Source: Dehalococcoidia bacterium
GTDB taxonomy: Bacteria; Chloroflexota; Dehalococcoidia; Bin125
Length of the DNA: 64,000 nt
Direction of reading: 5' to 3'
NCBI GenBank assembly: GCA_963555985.3
Contig: OY820591.1
Coordinates: 2,336,001-2,400,000 of the forward strand
Shown here: positions 17,733 to 28,621 of the stretch, piece after piece
Layout: every line of letters begins with the position of its first letter
Numbering within the stretch: the stretch's first letter is position 1
Position numbers and translations under genes: made by a program
Notes under the pieces: generated by a model
What the model was told of the DNA's origin: nothing
What the model saw: the letters and a program-made list of their open reading frames with translations, nothing else
Database searches by the model: none

Positions 17733-17772
17733 GCTGGGCAGACGACACTCGCCGCAAGGCTAAGATCGCGCC

Positions 17773-18471
17773 ATGGACTTGATCTGGGACGGCATTCGAG
17801 AAGCGGCGCGGCTGTGGTGGGCAGGCGACCGCGAGGTGATCGAAATCACCCTGCGTACGCTCGCGATCTCATCGGCGGCGACCGCGCTGGCGCTCGCCGT
17901 CGGCATCCCGCTGGGCGCAGTCCTGGCCCTGCGCCGCTTCTGGGGGCGCGGCCTGATCGTAGCGGCGGTGAACACCGGCATGGGGATGCCACCGGTCGTG
18001 GTCGGACTGATTGTGATCCTGATCCTGATTCGGCAAGGCCCGTTGGGCGGTCTCGAGATCGCCTTCACTCCAACCGCGATGGTGATCGCTCAGCTACTGC
18101 TCTCGCTGCCGCTGGTCGTGGGCTTCTCGCTGGCCTCGATCCAGTCGGTCAATCCGCGCCTGATCGGGCAGATGTGGGCAATGGGAGCAAACCGCTGGCA
18201 GGTGCTCTGGCTCCTGATTCGGGAAACTCGACTGGGCTTGCTGGCAGCGGTGATGGCCGGTTTCGGCGCGGCGATCTCCGAGGTCGGCGCTTCGATGCAG
18301 GTTGGCGGCAACCTGGCCGGCGAGACGCGAGTGCTGACCACAGCGACGGTGCTGGAAACGAGCCGCGGCAACTGGGAGGTGGCCATCGCGCTGGGGTTCG
18401 TCCTGGTCGTGCTCGCCTTCTTGGTCAACCTCGTCCTGACCGCCGTACAGCAGCGGCGGCCGGTCGCGTGA
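17773..18471 (+). CDS. tupB: Tungstate ABC transporter permease
   Basis: MGMPPVVVGL, GPLG, FTPTAMVIAQ, FGAAISEVGA...GGN..GETRVLTTA.VLET. Confidence 0.92.
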   Translation: MDLIWDGIREAARLWWAGDREVIEITLRTLAISSAATALALAVGIPLGAVLALRRFWGRGLIVAAVNTGMGMPPVVVGLIVILILIRQGPLGGLEIAFTPTAMVIAQLLLSLPLVVGFSLASIQSVNPRLIGQMWAMGANRWQVLWLLIRETRLGLLAAVMAGFGAAISEVGASMQVGGNLAGETRVLTTATVLETSRGNWEVAIALGFVLVVLAFLVNLVLTAVQQRRPVA

Positions 18472-19559
18472 CTGACACAGCCGAGCGAGCGGATCCGCAC
18501 CTCCAGATCCGCGATCTGGCGGTCCAGCGCGGCGGCGTGACCGTGCTCACCATTGACCAACTCGATCTGCAACGGGGCGAGGTCACGGTCGTGATCGGGC
18601 CAAACGGGTCGGGTAAGAGCACGCTGCTGGGCGCATTGCAGCTGGTGCTGCGACCATTGCGCGGTCAGCTTCTGCTTGACCGCGAACCGATGAATCGCGA
18701 TCCGGTTCACACCCGTCGCCGGATGGCGGCGGCATTCCAGGAACCGCTGCTGCTGAGCATGTCGGTGCAGGCGAACGTTGAGCTTCCGCTCCGCATTCGC
18801 GGCGTTGGCCGCCGCGAGCGGCGCGAGCGCGCCGCGCACTGGCTGGAGCGGTTCGGCATTGCCAACCTGGCCAAACGCCACTCGCGCCAGCTCTCCGGAG
18901 GCGAAGCGCAGCGGGTCAGCCTGGCGCGGGCGTTTGCCTCCCAGCCGGAGGTGCTGTTGCTGGACGAGCCGTTCGCCGGCGTGGACGCACCCACGCGGGA
19001 GGGTCTGATCGAAGACTTCGCCGAGATCGTGTCCGAGATGCGCCCGACTACGGTGCTGGTCACGCACGACCGCGACGAAGCATTGCGACTGGGCGACCAC
19101 GCCGCCTTGCTGATCGGCGGCAGTCTGCGTCAGACCGGACCACCGGCAGAAGTCTTCGACCGCCCCGCCGACCGTGCAGTCGCGGAGTTTGTGGGCATGG
19201 AGAATGTGTGGGAGGGACGGCGCTCGGAATCAGGGATATATAGCGCCGGCGGGGTGCGGCTGGCGTCGACGGTGAAGTCGGTGGCGCTTGGATCGCCCGC
19301 CGTGCTCTGCGTGCGGCCTGAACGGATCGTGCTCTCGCGGGATGGGGAGATGAGCGGGAACCGGCTGAGAGCAGTCGTACGCACGATCAGACCGCGCGGC
19401 CCGGTCGTGAGAGCTGTGTTGACCAGCGGAGGGCTGATACTCACCGCCGATGTGCCGGTAGCCGCGTGGGACGAGCTCAGGCTGTCCGTGGGTGAGGAAG
19501 CGATTGCGCGCATCGCCCCCGCCGACCTGCACGTGATCAGCGACGACGGAGCAGCCTGA
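18468..19559 (+). CDS. tupC: Tungstate ABC transporter ATP-binding protein with TOBE domain
   Basis: GPNGSGKST, LSGGEAQR, LLLDEP, VTHD. GTGA overlap with tupB. Confidence 0.88.
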   Translation: MTDTAERADPHLQIRDLAVQRGGVTVLTIDQLDLQRGEVTVVIGPNGSGKSTLLGALQLVLRPLRGQLLLDREPMNRDPVHTRRRMAAAFQEPLLLSMSVQANVELPLRIRGVGRRERRERAAHWLERFGIANLAKRHSRQLSGGEAQRVSLARAFASQPEVLLLDEPFAGVDAPTREGLIEDFAEIVSEMRPTTVLVTHDRDEALRLGDHAALLIGGSLRQTGPPAEVFDRPADRAVAEFVGMENVWEGRRSESGIYSAGGVRLASTVKSVALGSPAVLCVRPERIVLSRDGEMSGNRLRAVVRTIRPRGPVVRAVLTSGGLILTADVPVAAWDELRLSVGEEAIARIAPADLHVISDDGAA

Positions 19560-19947
19560 GCGGACTCATCGTCGCGCTGTCGTCGCTGACGCCGAAGAGC
19601 TCGGCCAGTTGCGCTCGGCTCGGTTCGGTGGCGACGTGTTTGCCGTCAAGCAGAATCGTCGGTGTCGAGCGGTAGCCGCGATTGAGCGATTCGACGATCA
19701 GCGCCGCGTCCTCATCTTGAGTGATATCAACTGTGCGATAGGCGATCTCGTGACGGTCGAGGAAGTCGACCGCGCGGCGGCAGTCACCGCACCAGGGGCT
19801 GACGTAGAGCAGCACATCGCGCTCACCGGGAGCAGGGGCTGCTTCGGAGGCCGCGATTGGGCCGGCGGCGAAGTCGACTTCGCAGGCGTCGCCTTCCTCG
19901 ATCAGCTCATCGCTTTGCGCATCGGTCGTCTGCTCAGCGTCCGCCAT
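19537..19947 (-). CDS. Glutaredoxin/mycoredoxin-like protein
   Basis: Y.SPWCGDCRR, VDI..D, N.GYRSTPTI. Confidence 0.88.
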   Translation of the reverse strand: MADAEQTTDAQSDELIEEGDACEVDFAAGPIAASEAAPAPGERDVLLYVSPWCGDCRRAVDFLDRHEIAYRTVDITQDEDAALIVESLNRGYRSTPTILLDGKHVATEPSRAQLAELFGVSDDSATMSPLRLLRRR

Positions 19948-19980
19948 GATCAGCTCCCTCTCCGTCGAATCGGGTTTCGC

Positions 19981-21426
19981 TCAGGATATGCGGTGGAGCT
20001 TGAGGAAGTTGGTCGGTTCGCCCTGGCCGAGCGGGAATCCGCCGGTGAGCACGACTTGATCGCCTGATTCGAGTGCGAATGCGTCAACTGCGGCACGTTC
20101 GACTTCGCGCAGCATATGGTCGATATCGTCCGGCGGTGGACAGCGGCGCGGCTGGACGCCCCACATCAGGGCGAGGCGCTGCAAGACTGGGTCGTCCGGG
20201 GCCAATACGAGCACGGGTACGGGTAGCCGCACGTGTGAAATCAGGCGGCCCGAGCGTCCGCTGATGGTGAAGACGATGACAGCGCGCACCTGGGGGTGCT
20301 GTTCAACGGCGGCAGCGACGGCGACGGCGATGGTGCGGGCGGCGTCGGCTTTGAGTTCAATCGGCTGGGCGACTGCCGTGCGGCCGGCGTCGCCGGATTC
20401 GGCGCGGCGGATAATGTCGTCCATCATGGCGACCACTTCGACCGGATGACGCCCGACTGCGGTCTCGGCGGAGAGCATGAGCGCATCGGCGCCGTCCCAG
20501 ACAGCGTTGGCGACATCGGAAGCCTCGGCGCGGGTTGGGCGTTGGCGCTGCACCATCGACTCAAGCATCTGGGTGGCGATGATGACGGGCTGGAGCGCGC
20601 GACCGGCGGCTTCGATGATCTGGCGCTGCATGACCGGCACCTCGGCCGGTCCGACCTCGACGCCCAGATCGCCGCGCGCGACCATCACGCCGTCCGAGAC
20701 AGCAATGATCTCGCGCAGCTCGCGGATGGCGGAAATGGTTTCGATCTTGGCGATGAGGGGGAGTTCGCCGCCAGCGGCATGGACGGCGGTTTGGGCTTCC
20801 GCGAGGTCGAAGGCGGTGCGAACGAAGGAGAGTGCGAGAAAGTCGACGCCGTGTTCGACGGCGAAGTGAATGTGCTTGCGGTCTTGCGGGGTGACGGCCG
20901 GCAGACGCTGGCCGGCGCCCGGGGCGTGCAGCCCGGCGCGAGCAGTGAGCAGGCCGCCGCCGCGCACGGTCGTCTGAATGCGGTTGCCAACGATCGCTTC
21001 GATCAGGAGATCGAGTTCGCCGTCGCGGAGATAGACGCGGCCTCCGGGCTCCACCTCTTCCACCAGGGCTGCGTAGTTGCAGCTGATCGTGAGACGATCC
21101 TGTTCGAGCGCCGCGTCAACGGTGCTGCCGACGACGATGTCGACGCGTTCGCCGCGGACGATCTCGATTCCATCGGGGACGCCGCCGATCCTGATTTTCG
21201 GGCCTTGCAGGTCGCCGAGAATGGCGACTGGTTTGCCGGTTTCCGCCTGCGCCTTGCGGATGGCCTGGATCGCCGCGAGCCAAGAGCGCTCGTCGCCGTG
21301 CGAGAAGTTGATGCGTGCGACATCGAGGCCGGCATCCACCAGCGCACGAACACTGGCAGGGTCGCTGCTGGCGGGACCGAGCGTAGCGACAATCTTGGCT
21401 CGTCGGCGGGAGTTCGGCGCACTCAT
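19981..21426 (-). CDS. pyk: Pyruvate kinase
   Basis: AKIVATLGPAS, ARINFSHG, DLQGPKIR, IAKIE, MVARGDLGVE, ATQMLESM, PTRAEASDVANA. Confidence 0.97.
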   Translation of the reverse strand: MSAPNSRRRAKIVATLGPASSDPASVRALVDAGLDVARINFSHGDERSWLAAIQAIRKAQAETGKPVAILGDLQGPKIRIGGVPDGIEIVRGERVDIVVGSTVDAALEQDRLTISCNYAALVEEVEPGGRVYLRDGELDLLIEAIVGNRIQTTVRGGGLLTARAGLHAPGAGQRLPAVTPQDRKHIHFAVEHGVDFLALSFVRTAFDLAEAQTAVHAAGGELPLIAKIETISAIRELREIIAVSDGVMVARGDLGVEVGPAEVPVMQRQIIEAAGRALQPVIIATQMLESMVQRQRPTRAEASDVANAVWDGADALMLSAETAVGRHPVEVVAMMDDIIRRAESGDAGRTAVAQPIELKADAARTIAVAVAAAVEQHPQVRAVIVFTISGRSGRLISHVRLPVPVLVLAPDDPVLQRLALMWGVQPRRCPPPDDIDHMLREVERAAVDAFALESGDQVVLTGGFPLGQGEPTNFLKLHRIS

Positions 21427-21444
21427 CTGACTCTCCGGACACAA

Positions 21445-21476
21445 CAGCGGGCCGCCCCCTAGGGGGCGGCCCGCTG
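21445..21476 (-). terminator. Perfect 32-bp palindrome after groEL (terminator or mRNA stability hairpin)
   Basis: CAGCGGGCCGCCCCCTAGGGGGCGGCCCGCTG, followed on the minus strand by TTGTGT. Confidence 0.65.
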
Positions 21477-21511
21477 GCGGATGCATCGTTGCCGCGTTCG
21501 CGGCCTGTGCA

Positions 21512-23305
<1,794 letters not shown>

Positions 23306-23368
23306 TCAAACGCGCTACAGCGTGCATCGCGTTTCGAGCGCGGAGGCGTCGTTCTGACAAGCGCTCAC

Positions 23369-23779
23369 CTAGAGGAGCCAGCGCAGTCGCTGGAAGGGAG
23401 CGATTCGGGCGATCACTACGGCTTCGATTTCAGATTCGGGGATGAGCCCGAGGCGGCGGCTGTCGGCGCTGCGGGTGCTGCCGTCGCCAATGACGAACCA
23501 TCCGCCCGATTCGCGGGTCAGTGCTCGCTTGACATAGAACCGCTCGCGGTTGGTTCCAGCTTCAGATTGGCTGATGCGACGGAAGACGACGATCCGCCCC
23601 GGCCGGATCGGGGCGAGCTGGGTTGAGACTGCGAGCAGGCGTTCGCCGTGCTCGAGCGTGGGCGACATGGAGTCGCCGTCCACCGTGCAGATGGTGACCC
23701 AGCCGAGGCGGGGCGTAGACGCCGCGGGCGTGTGCTGCTGGGATGATCGAGGGCTAGAAATCGTCCATCCCGAAGTCAT
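23369..23779 (-). CDS. S26-family Ser/Lys peptidase, SodX (NiSOD maturation protease)-like; start uncertain
   Basis: VDGDSMSPTLEHGERLL, PGRIVVF, YVKR, WFVIGD...SADSRRLG. The only ATGs upstream of the catalytic Ser lie inside the end of the upstream gene (23779, 23809). Confidence 0.8.
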   Translation of the reverse strand: MTSGWTISSPRSSQQHTPAASTPRLGWVTICTVDGDSMSPTLEHGERLLAVSTQLAPIRPGRIVVFRRISQSEAGTNRERFYVKRALTRESGGWFVIGDGSTRSADSRRLGLIPESEIEAVVIARIAPFQRLRWLL

Positions 23780-24050
23780 CCATGCCGAAATCGTCGTGCG
23801 AGTGGCCATGGTCGTGTCCGTGACCGCCCATCGCGCCCATGTCGGGCATCCCGCCCATCGCGCCCATATCGAAGTCGTCGAAGCTGCTGGCGGACGCGCC
23901 GGTATGGATGGCGACGCCCGCGCCGAAGACGCGCGCGCCTACGCCACCGTCGCCCTTGGGACACTCAGGCGAGTCCGGCGCTTGACCCATTCGTGCAAGC
24001 ACCTCGAAGACCTCCGAGCATTCACCGCAGCGGTAGTCGTACATCGGCAT
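23754..24050 (-). CDS. FmdB-family zinc-ribbon protein with Gly/Met/His/Asp-rich tail
   Basis: MPMYDYRCGECSEVFE...CPK; RBS AGGAG. Tail FDDFDMGAMGGMPDMGAMGGHGHDHGHSHDDFGMDDFGMDDF. Confidence 0.88.
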   Translation of the reverse strand: MPMYDYRCGECSEVFEVLARMGQAPDSPECPKGDGGVGARVFGAGVAIHTGASASSFDDFDMGAMGGMPDMGAMGGHGHDHGHSHDDFGMDDFGMDDF

Positions 24051-24140
24051 CGTCGCCAGCTCCTTTCTGAGCTCGGATCATTCGGATCGTTTGAGGAATA
24101 TCCTACGACGGCTGCCGAGCAACATGATGGAGGTACTGCG

Positions 24141-25445
24141 ATGCCCGATATCCGCGACTTTTGCGACCGCCTGTGGAACGGCGAAATCGACATCATTCAC
24201 GCGGCGCACCCGGTGACCAGCCCCTGGAACAACCGCATCCCGGAAGAGATCGAAGACGGGTTGCTGTACTACAAGTCGGCTGCGTCGGTGAATACGCTCG
24301 ACACCGGCGACGGTCTGGTGATGCTCGACACTGGTACCGACCGTGACGCCGAAGCGATCTACAAGGGGGTGCGCCAGTGGCGTCCCGAGGCGCGGCTGGC
24401 GGCAGCGGTGTTCTCGCACCATCACGTGGATCACATCTTCGGCGTGGGGCGGTTTGACCAAGAAGCGGAGGCGGCGGGGCAGCCGCATCCAACGGTGTAC
24501 GGGCAGCGCGAGATTCCGCCGCATTTCGACCGCTACAAGCGGACGGTGGGGTACAACACGGCGATCAACACGCGGCAGTTTCATCGTCCACAGATGGGGC
24601 CGGGCTTCCGTCTGGATTGGCCGGACGAGTTTCGCTATCCGGACGTGACCTTTGACGAGCGGATTGAGTTTCGGGTGGGCGACTGCACGTTTGAGGTGAC
24701 GCACACGCGGGGCGAGACGGAGGACGCGGCCTGGACCTGGGTACCGGAGCGGAAGCTGTTGTGTCCGGGCGATCTGTTCATCTGGGCGGTGCCGAACGCG
24801 GGCAATCCGCAGAAGGTGCAGCGCTGGGCAGGAGAATGGGCGGCGGGTTTGCGGCAGATGGCGGCGCTGGGGGCGGAAACGATGCTGCCCGGGCACGGCT
24901 TTCCGATCTTCGGGGCGGAGCGGATTCGGACGGCGCTGACGGACACAGCCGATCTGTTAGACGCGATTGAGTCACGGACGCTGGCGTTGATGAACACGGG
25001 CGCGACGCTGGATCGGGTCTTGCATGAGATTGAGTATCCGCAGGAACTGCTGGAGAAACCATGGCTGAGCTCGGCGTATGACCATCCCGAGTTCATCGCG
25101 CGTAACGTCTGGCGCTTCTTTGGCGGCTGGTATGAGGGCGAGCCGGATCGTCTGCTGCCTGCGCCGCGTTCGGCGGAGGCGGCGGAGTGGATCACGCTGG
25201 CGGGCGGTCTGGAGCCGGTGTTGAACCGGGCGCGAGCGCATCTGGCTCACGGGAACTTGCAGTTGGCGTGTCACCTGATCGAACACGCGGCGGCAGCAGC
25301 GCCCTCGAATGAGGAGGTGCATGATCTGCGCGCTGAGATTTATGAGGCGCGGGCGTTGGAGCAGGATTCGTCAATGGCGCGGGGGATTTTCAACTTTGCA
25401 GCGACGTCGAGTCGTGAGCGGGTGCGGGATGTATTCAATCCGTAA
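24141..25445 (+). CDS. Alkyl/aryl-sulfatase-like metallo-beta-lactamase fold hydrolase
   Basis: ATG 24141 with RBS GGAGG; SHHHVDH, GETED, GDLF...PNAGNPQKVQR, PGHG, dimerisation-domain GGWY.G.P..L.P. Confidence 0.9.
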   Translation: MPDIRDFCDRLWNGEIDIIHAAHPVTSPWNNRIPEEIEDGLLYYKSAASVNTLDTGDGLVMLDTGTDRDAEAIYKGVRQWRPEARLAAAVFSHHHVDHIFGVGRFDQEAEAAGQPHPTVYGQREIPPHFDRYKRTVGYNTAINTRQFHRPQMGPGFRLDWPDEFRYPDVTFDERIEFRVGDCTFEVTHTRGETEDAAWTWVPERKLLCPGDLFIWAVPNAGNPQKVQRWAGEWAAGLRQMAALGAETMLPGHGFPIFGAERIRTALTDTADLLDAIESRTLALMNTGATLDRVLHEIEYPQELLEKPWLSSAYDHPEFIARNVWRFFGGWYEGEPDRLLPAPRSAEAAEWITLAGGLEPVLNRARAHLAHGNLQLACHLIEHAAAAAPSNEEVHDLRAEIYEARALEQDSSMARGIFNFAATSSRERVRDVFNP

Positions 25446-25454
25446 GTGTGTGTC

Positions 25455-26120
25455 TTAGGGCAAGCGCTGGGCGCGGAAGTGGTGGGAGGCGAAGGCGAGG
25501 CCGGATTCGATCCGAATCATGGCGCGGTCGGCGATCAGTTCGTTGCTCGTGCCTTGGCCCAGACCCCTGGTGAACGTTGCGTCGATCAGGGGCCACTTGA
25601 GGCCGACGGTCGTAATCCCGCTGACTTGCTCGCTGACGGCGGTGATAGATACGTAGTCGCCGGGGCTGCCGTGGAAGTGGGTTTCGCGGACGCCGTCGCC
25701 ACGCAGCACAGTGATGGCTGTCCAGCCATCGACGGTCCAGGTGGGGACGTCTCGCAGCGTGGGATGAGTCAAGAGGTAAAGATTGGCAACAGCGTGATCC
25801 TGGCGGGGGCCGCCAAGCAGGCCGACGACGATGATGCTGGTCGCGCCTCGCTTGAGGGCGAGTTCGATGGCGACATCGCCGTCGGTGCGCTCTTCGGGCG
25901 CAGGATGGGGGGCGAACTCGACGCCGGCGGCGCGGAGGCCGAAGAGATCGTCGCCTGGGAGCGAGTCGAGATCGCCGATCACGACGTGCGGCGTGAAGCC
26001 GAGCGGGCGCAGGCGAGAGGCGCCGCTGTCGGCGGCGACGATCAGGCCCGCGCCCATGAGGGCATTGCGCACCAGCGGGGAGTCGTGGATCTCACCCGCG
26101 AGTGCGACGACAGCTTGCAT
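25455..26120 (-). CDS. thiN: Thiamine diphosphokinase
   Basis: AADSGA, VIGDLDS, TDGD.A, GGPRQDH, GLKWPL, GTSNE. Confidence 0.93.
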   Translation of the reverse strand: MQAVVALAGEIHDSPLVRNALMGAGLIVAADSGASRLRPLGFTPHVVIGDLDSLPGDDLFGLRAAGVEFAPHPAPEERTDGDVAIELALKRGATSIIVVGLLGGPRQDHAVANLYLLTHPTLRDVPTWTVDGWTAITVLRGDGVRETHFHGSPGDYVSITAVSEQVSGITTVGLKWPLIDATFTRGLGQGTSNELIADRAMIRIESGLAFASHHFRAQRLP

Positions 26121-26141
26121 GGCGCTCTCGCCAGCTCGGCC

Positions 26142-27383
26142 TTAGTCGGTTACCGGCTCGGGTTCGGGAGCGGATTCGGCTCCGTTGCTGGAGGCTTGAG
26201 CGGCTTCGAGTCCCTGGCGGAAAGCTTCGGGGAGTTCCTTGCCGGCGTCGGCGAAGGCTTTGGCCATCGCCTTTTGGCCTGCTCCGAAGATGTCGAGTTG
26301 ACGATCCTCAACGAAATCGCGTGAGGCGACGAGGCGATCGAGTTGGCCCTGATAGCGCGGCGCGACGTAGCGCATGAGCAGTTCGTAGCTGCGCTTGGTC
26401 GCCTCAGTCGAAGCCCACTCGTGGTGCATCGAGAGCAAGCCGCCGACGCCGCCGGAGCGCTCGTGCAGGGCCTCGATCTGATCAACGGCGTCGTCGGGCG
26501 AACCGACGATCACCATGTTCTTGTCGATTGCCTCTTCGATCGTGTCGGCCATCTGCAGGGCGATACCGCCGCGACGACCCGGATCGCGCACGTCGCCGAC
26601 GTAGGCGCGCTTGAGGAAGCCCGCGCGCACATCTTCGATCGCCTGGGCGCGGGTCTCGGCGACATGGATCGCCAGCACCACGCGCCAGTTCTTGCGCGAG
26701 ACCTCGTGGCCGTTCTCGGCCGCCGCCTCTTCGTACCAGTCCCAGACGTTGCGCATGCCCTCGGAGTCGGCGCCGGCAACGGAGAGCAGGCTCGCGCCGT
26801 ACTTGCCGGCGAGCTGCGGGCCGGACGGCGTGAGGATCACCGCGACAGCCAGCTCGGGATGTGGATCCGAATACCAGGCCATTTGCAGGCGAGCTTCGGT
26901 CAGTGAGAACCAGTCGGTTTCCATCGAGACCGGTTCATCGCTGCGCGCGAGCTGCACGATGGCATCGAACGCCTCGGCCATCCGCTGCCGCTGGGTGGTG
27001 GGCTCGATCCCCATCTGCACCGCATCGGAGGTGAGCGCGCCGGGTCCCACGCCAAGCATCACCCGGCCACGGGTCTGGTGGTCGAGTTGGAGCAGGTCGT
27101 CAGCGATCATCAGCGGGTTGTGATAGGGCAGCGAGACGACACCGGTGCCGAGCCGGATGTGCTTGGTGCGCTCGGCCAGGGCGGCGATGAAGATCATCGG
27201 GTTGGAGATGATCTCGCGCGCAAAGGAGTGATGCTCGCCGATCCAGGCTTCGTCGTAGCCGAGGTCGTCAAGATGTTCGATCAGCTCCACGTCGCGCTGA
27301 AGCGCAAGGGTGGGATGCTCGCCGACATGGTGGAAGGGGGCCAGGAAGAGGCCGAACTTCATCCGTCTGGGTCGCCAGGACAT
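26142..27383 (-). CDS. LLM-class flavin-dependent monooxygenase (limonene 1,2-monooxygenase-like)
   Basis: MKFGLFLAPFH, GYDEAWIGEHHS, LGTGVVSLPYHNP, GRVMLGVGPGALTSDA. Confidence 0.93.
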   Translation of the reverse strand: MSWRPRRMKFGLFLAPFHHVGEHPTLALQRDVELIEHLDDLGYDEAWIGEHHSFAREIISNPMIFIAALAERTKHIRLGTGVVSLPYHNPLMIADDLLQLDHQTRGRVMLGVGPGALTSDAVQMGIEPTTQRQRMAEAFDAIVQLARSDEPVSMETDWFSLTEARLQMAWYSDPHPELAVAVILTPSGPQLAGKYGASLLSVAGADSEGMRNVWDWYEEAAAENGHEVSRKNWRVVLAIHVAETRAQAIEDVRAGFLKRAYVGDVRDPGRRGGIALQMADTIEEAIDKNMVIVGSPDDAVDQIEALHERSGGVGGLLSMHHEWASTEATKRSYELLMRYVAPRYQGQLDRLVASRDFVEDRQLDIFGAGQKAMAKAFADAGKELPEAFRQGLEAAQASSNGAESAPEPEPVTD

Positions 27384-27462
27384 GTGGGGTCTCCTGCCAT
27401 TCACTGAGTCCGATGGGCCAACGCCTTTGAGGATAGCGGTGTAAGAGGAGCGCAGAACGAGC

Positions 27463-27488
27463 GTTACCTTTTCGCCCCGCAATCCGTC
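27463..27488 (+). promoter_or_regulatory. Putative ECF-sigma autoregulatory promoter
   Basis: GTTACC-N16-CGTC about 25 bp upstream of the first gene of the ECF operon. CGTC is a typical ECF -10 element. Confidence 0.55.
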
Positions 27489-27513
27489 TTGTCTATAGAG
27501 GGGGAAAAGGACA

Positions 27514-27705
27514 TTGCGACTCCAGCTTGACTTGTCCGCTCGGACGACATGGGTTATGGCCGGGCTGCTGTTCGGCCTGTTCATCCCGCTGATTGTCTTC
27601 CTGTCCGGTGATGAATTCCTGCTGACGATCGTCGCCACCGCGATGGGCGCGGGCCTGGGGTTCGCGCTCTGGACGGCCTCGCAGAGGGGAACCGGACATG
27701 GTTGA
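27514..27705 (+). CDS. Small two-TM membrane protein
   Basis: TTG start after a purine-rich RBS; two hydrophobic segments; overlaps the sigma start. Confidence 0.6.
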   Translation: MRLQLDLSARTTWVMAGLLFGLFIPLIVFLSGDEFLLTIVATAMGAGLGFALWTASQRGTGHG

Positions 27706-28318
27706 GATCCGGATCAGCCGGTCGCAACGGGCGGCTGAGGACCTTGACGCGCAGCGAGAGGCGGAAGTGTTCGTGTTTGACGACGAATCGGACGCTGTCC
27801 TCGTGCGGCGCTGGCAGCGTGGGGACATCGCCGCTGCCAGTGTGGCGATTCAGCGACACGAGGGGATGGTCTACGCGGCGGCCTTTCGCCTGCTGCGCAA
27901 TCACGCGCTGAGCGAGGACATCTCGCAAGACGCCTTCCTGCGTGCGCACGAACGGATCAACGAGCTTCGGCAGCCGGCGGCGTTCCCTGGTTGGGTCCGC
28001 CGGATCGCGGTACGTCTGGCGACCGACGAACTGCGCCGCGGCTCCTTCGTTGAGCTCAGCGACGACGAGCCAGACCCGGGGCCTGGTCCGGAAGCCACGG
28101 CAGAGACGCTGGACGCGCTGGAGCGGTTTCGAATGCAGCTCGATGGGTTGCCGCTGGCTCAGCGAGCGGTCGTCGTCCTGCGCGACGTGGAGGGGTTCTC
28201 GATTCGCGAGACGGCTGAGCAATTGGAGATCTCTGAGGCCGCGGTGAAGATGCGGCTCAGCCGGGCACGCGCCTCGCTGGCGCCGGACCGGCCGGCCGCG
28301 AGAGGTGAATCAGCATGA
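27698..28318 (+). CDS. ECF RNA polymerase sigma factor
   Basis: EDISQDAFLRA, F.GWVRRIA, QRAVVVLRDVEGFS..ETA..L.ISEAAVKMRLSRAR. Confidence 0.93.
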   Translation: MVEIRISRSQRAAEDLDAQREAEVFVFDDESDAVLVRRWQRGDIAAASVAIQRHEGMVYAAAFRLLRNHALSEDISQDAFLRAHERINELRQPAAFPGWVRRIAVRLATDELRRGSFVELSDDEPDPGPGPEATAETLDALERFRMQLDGLPLAQRAVVVLRDVEGFSIRETAEQLEISEAAVKMRLSRARASLAPDRPAARGESA

Positions 28319-28620
28319 GCGACGCTGACATCGGACACCGACACTTCGACGACGAGCGGATCGAGGAACTGGCCCGCGCTCGACTCGACGGTGAGGAGAT
28401 CGAATTCGTTCCTGACGACTGCCAGGAGTGTGAGGCGCGGATCTCGGCCCAGGGACGCTATCACAGCCTGGCCCGCCTGCTGACCAGGGACACGCGGTCG
28501 CCGGAAGGGCAGCCAGCCGTGGAGGCCGTTCGCTCCATTCGCCGCCAGTCGTACCGCCGCCGGGCGCTGGGCGAGATTGCGGCCCTCCTGACCACTTCTC
28601 CGCTGAAAGCGCGGGTGTGA
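28315..28620 (+). CDS. Putative soluble zinc-binding anti-sigma factor
   Basis: ATGA-coupled to the sigma gene; H..H...LDGE...CQEC. Lacks the canonical His of HxxxCxxC and has no TM. Confidence 0.6.
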   Translation: MSDADIGHRHFDDERIEELARARLDGEEIEFVPDDCQECEARISAQGRYHSLARLLTRDTRSPEGQPAVEAVRSIRRQSYRRRALGEIAALLTTSPLKARV

Positions 28621-28621
28621 C

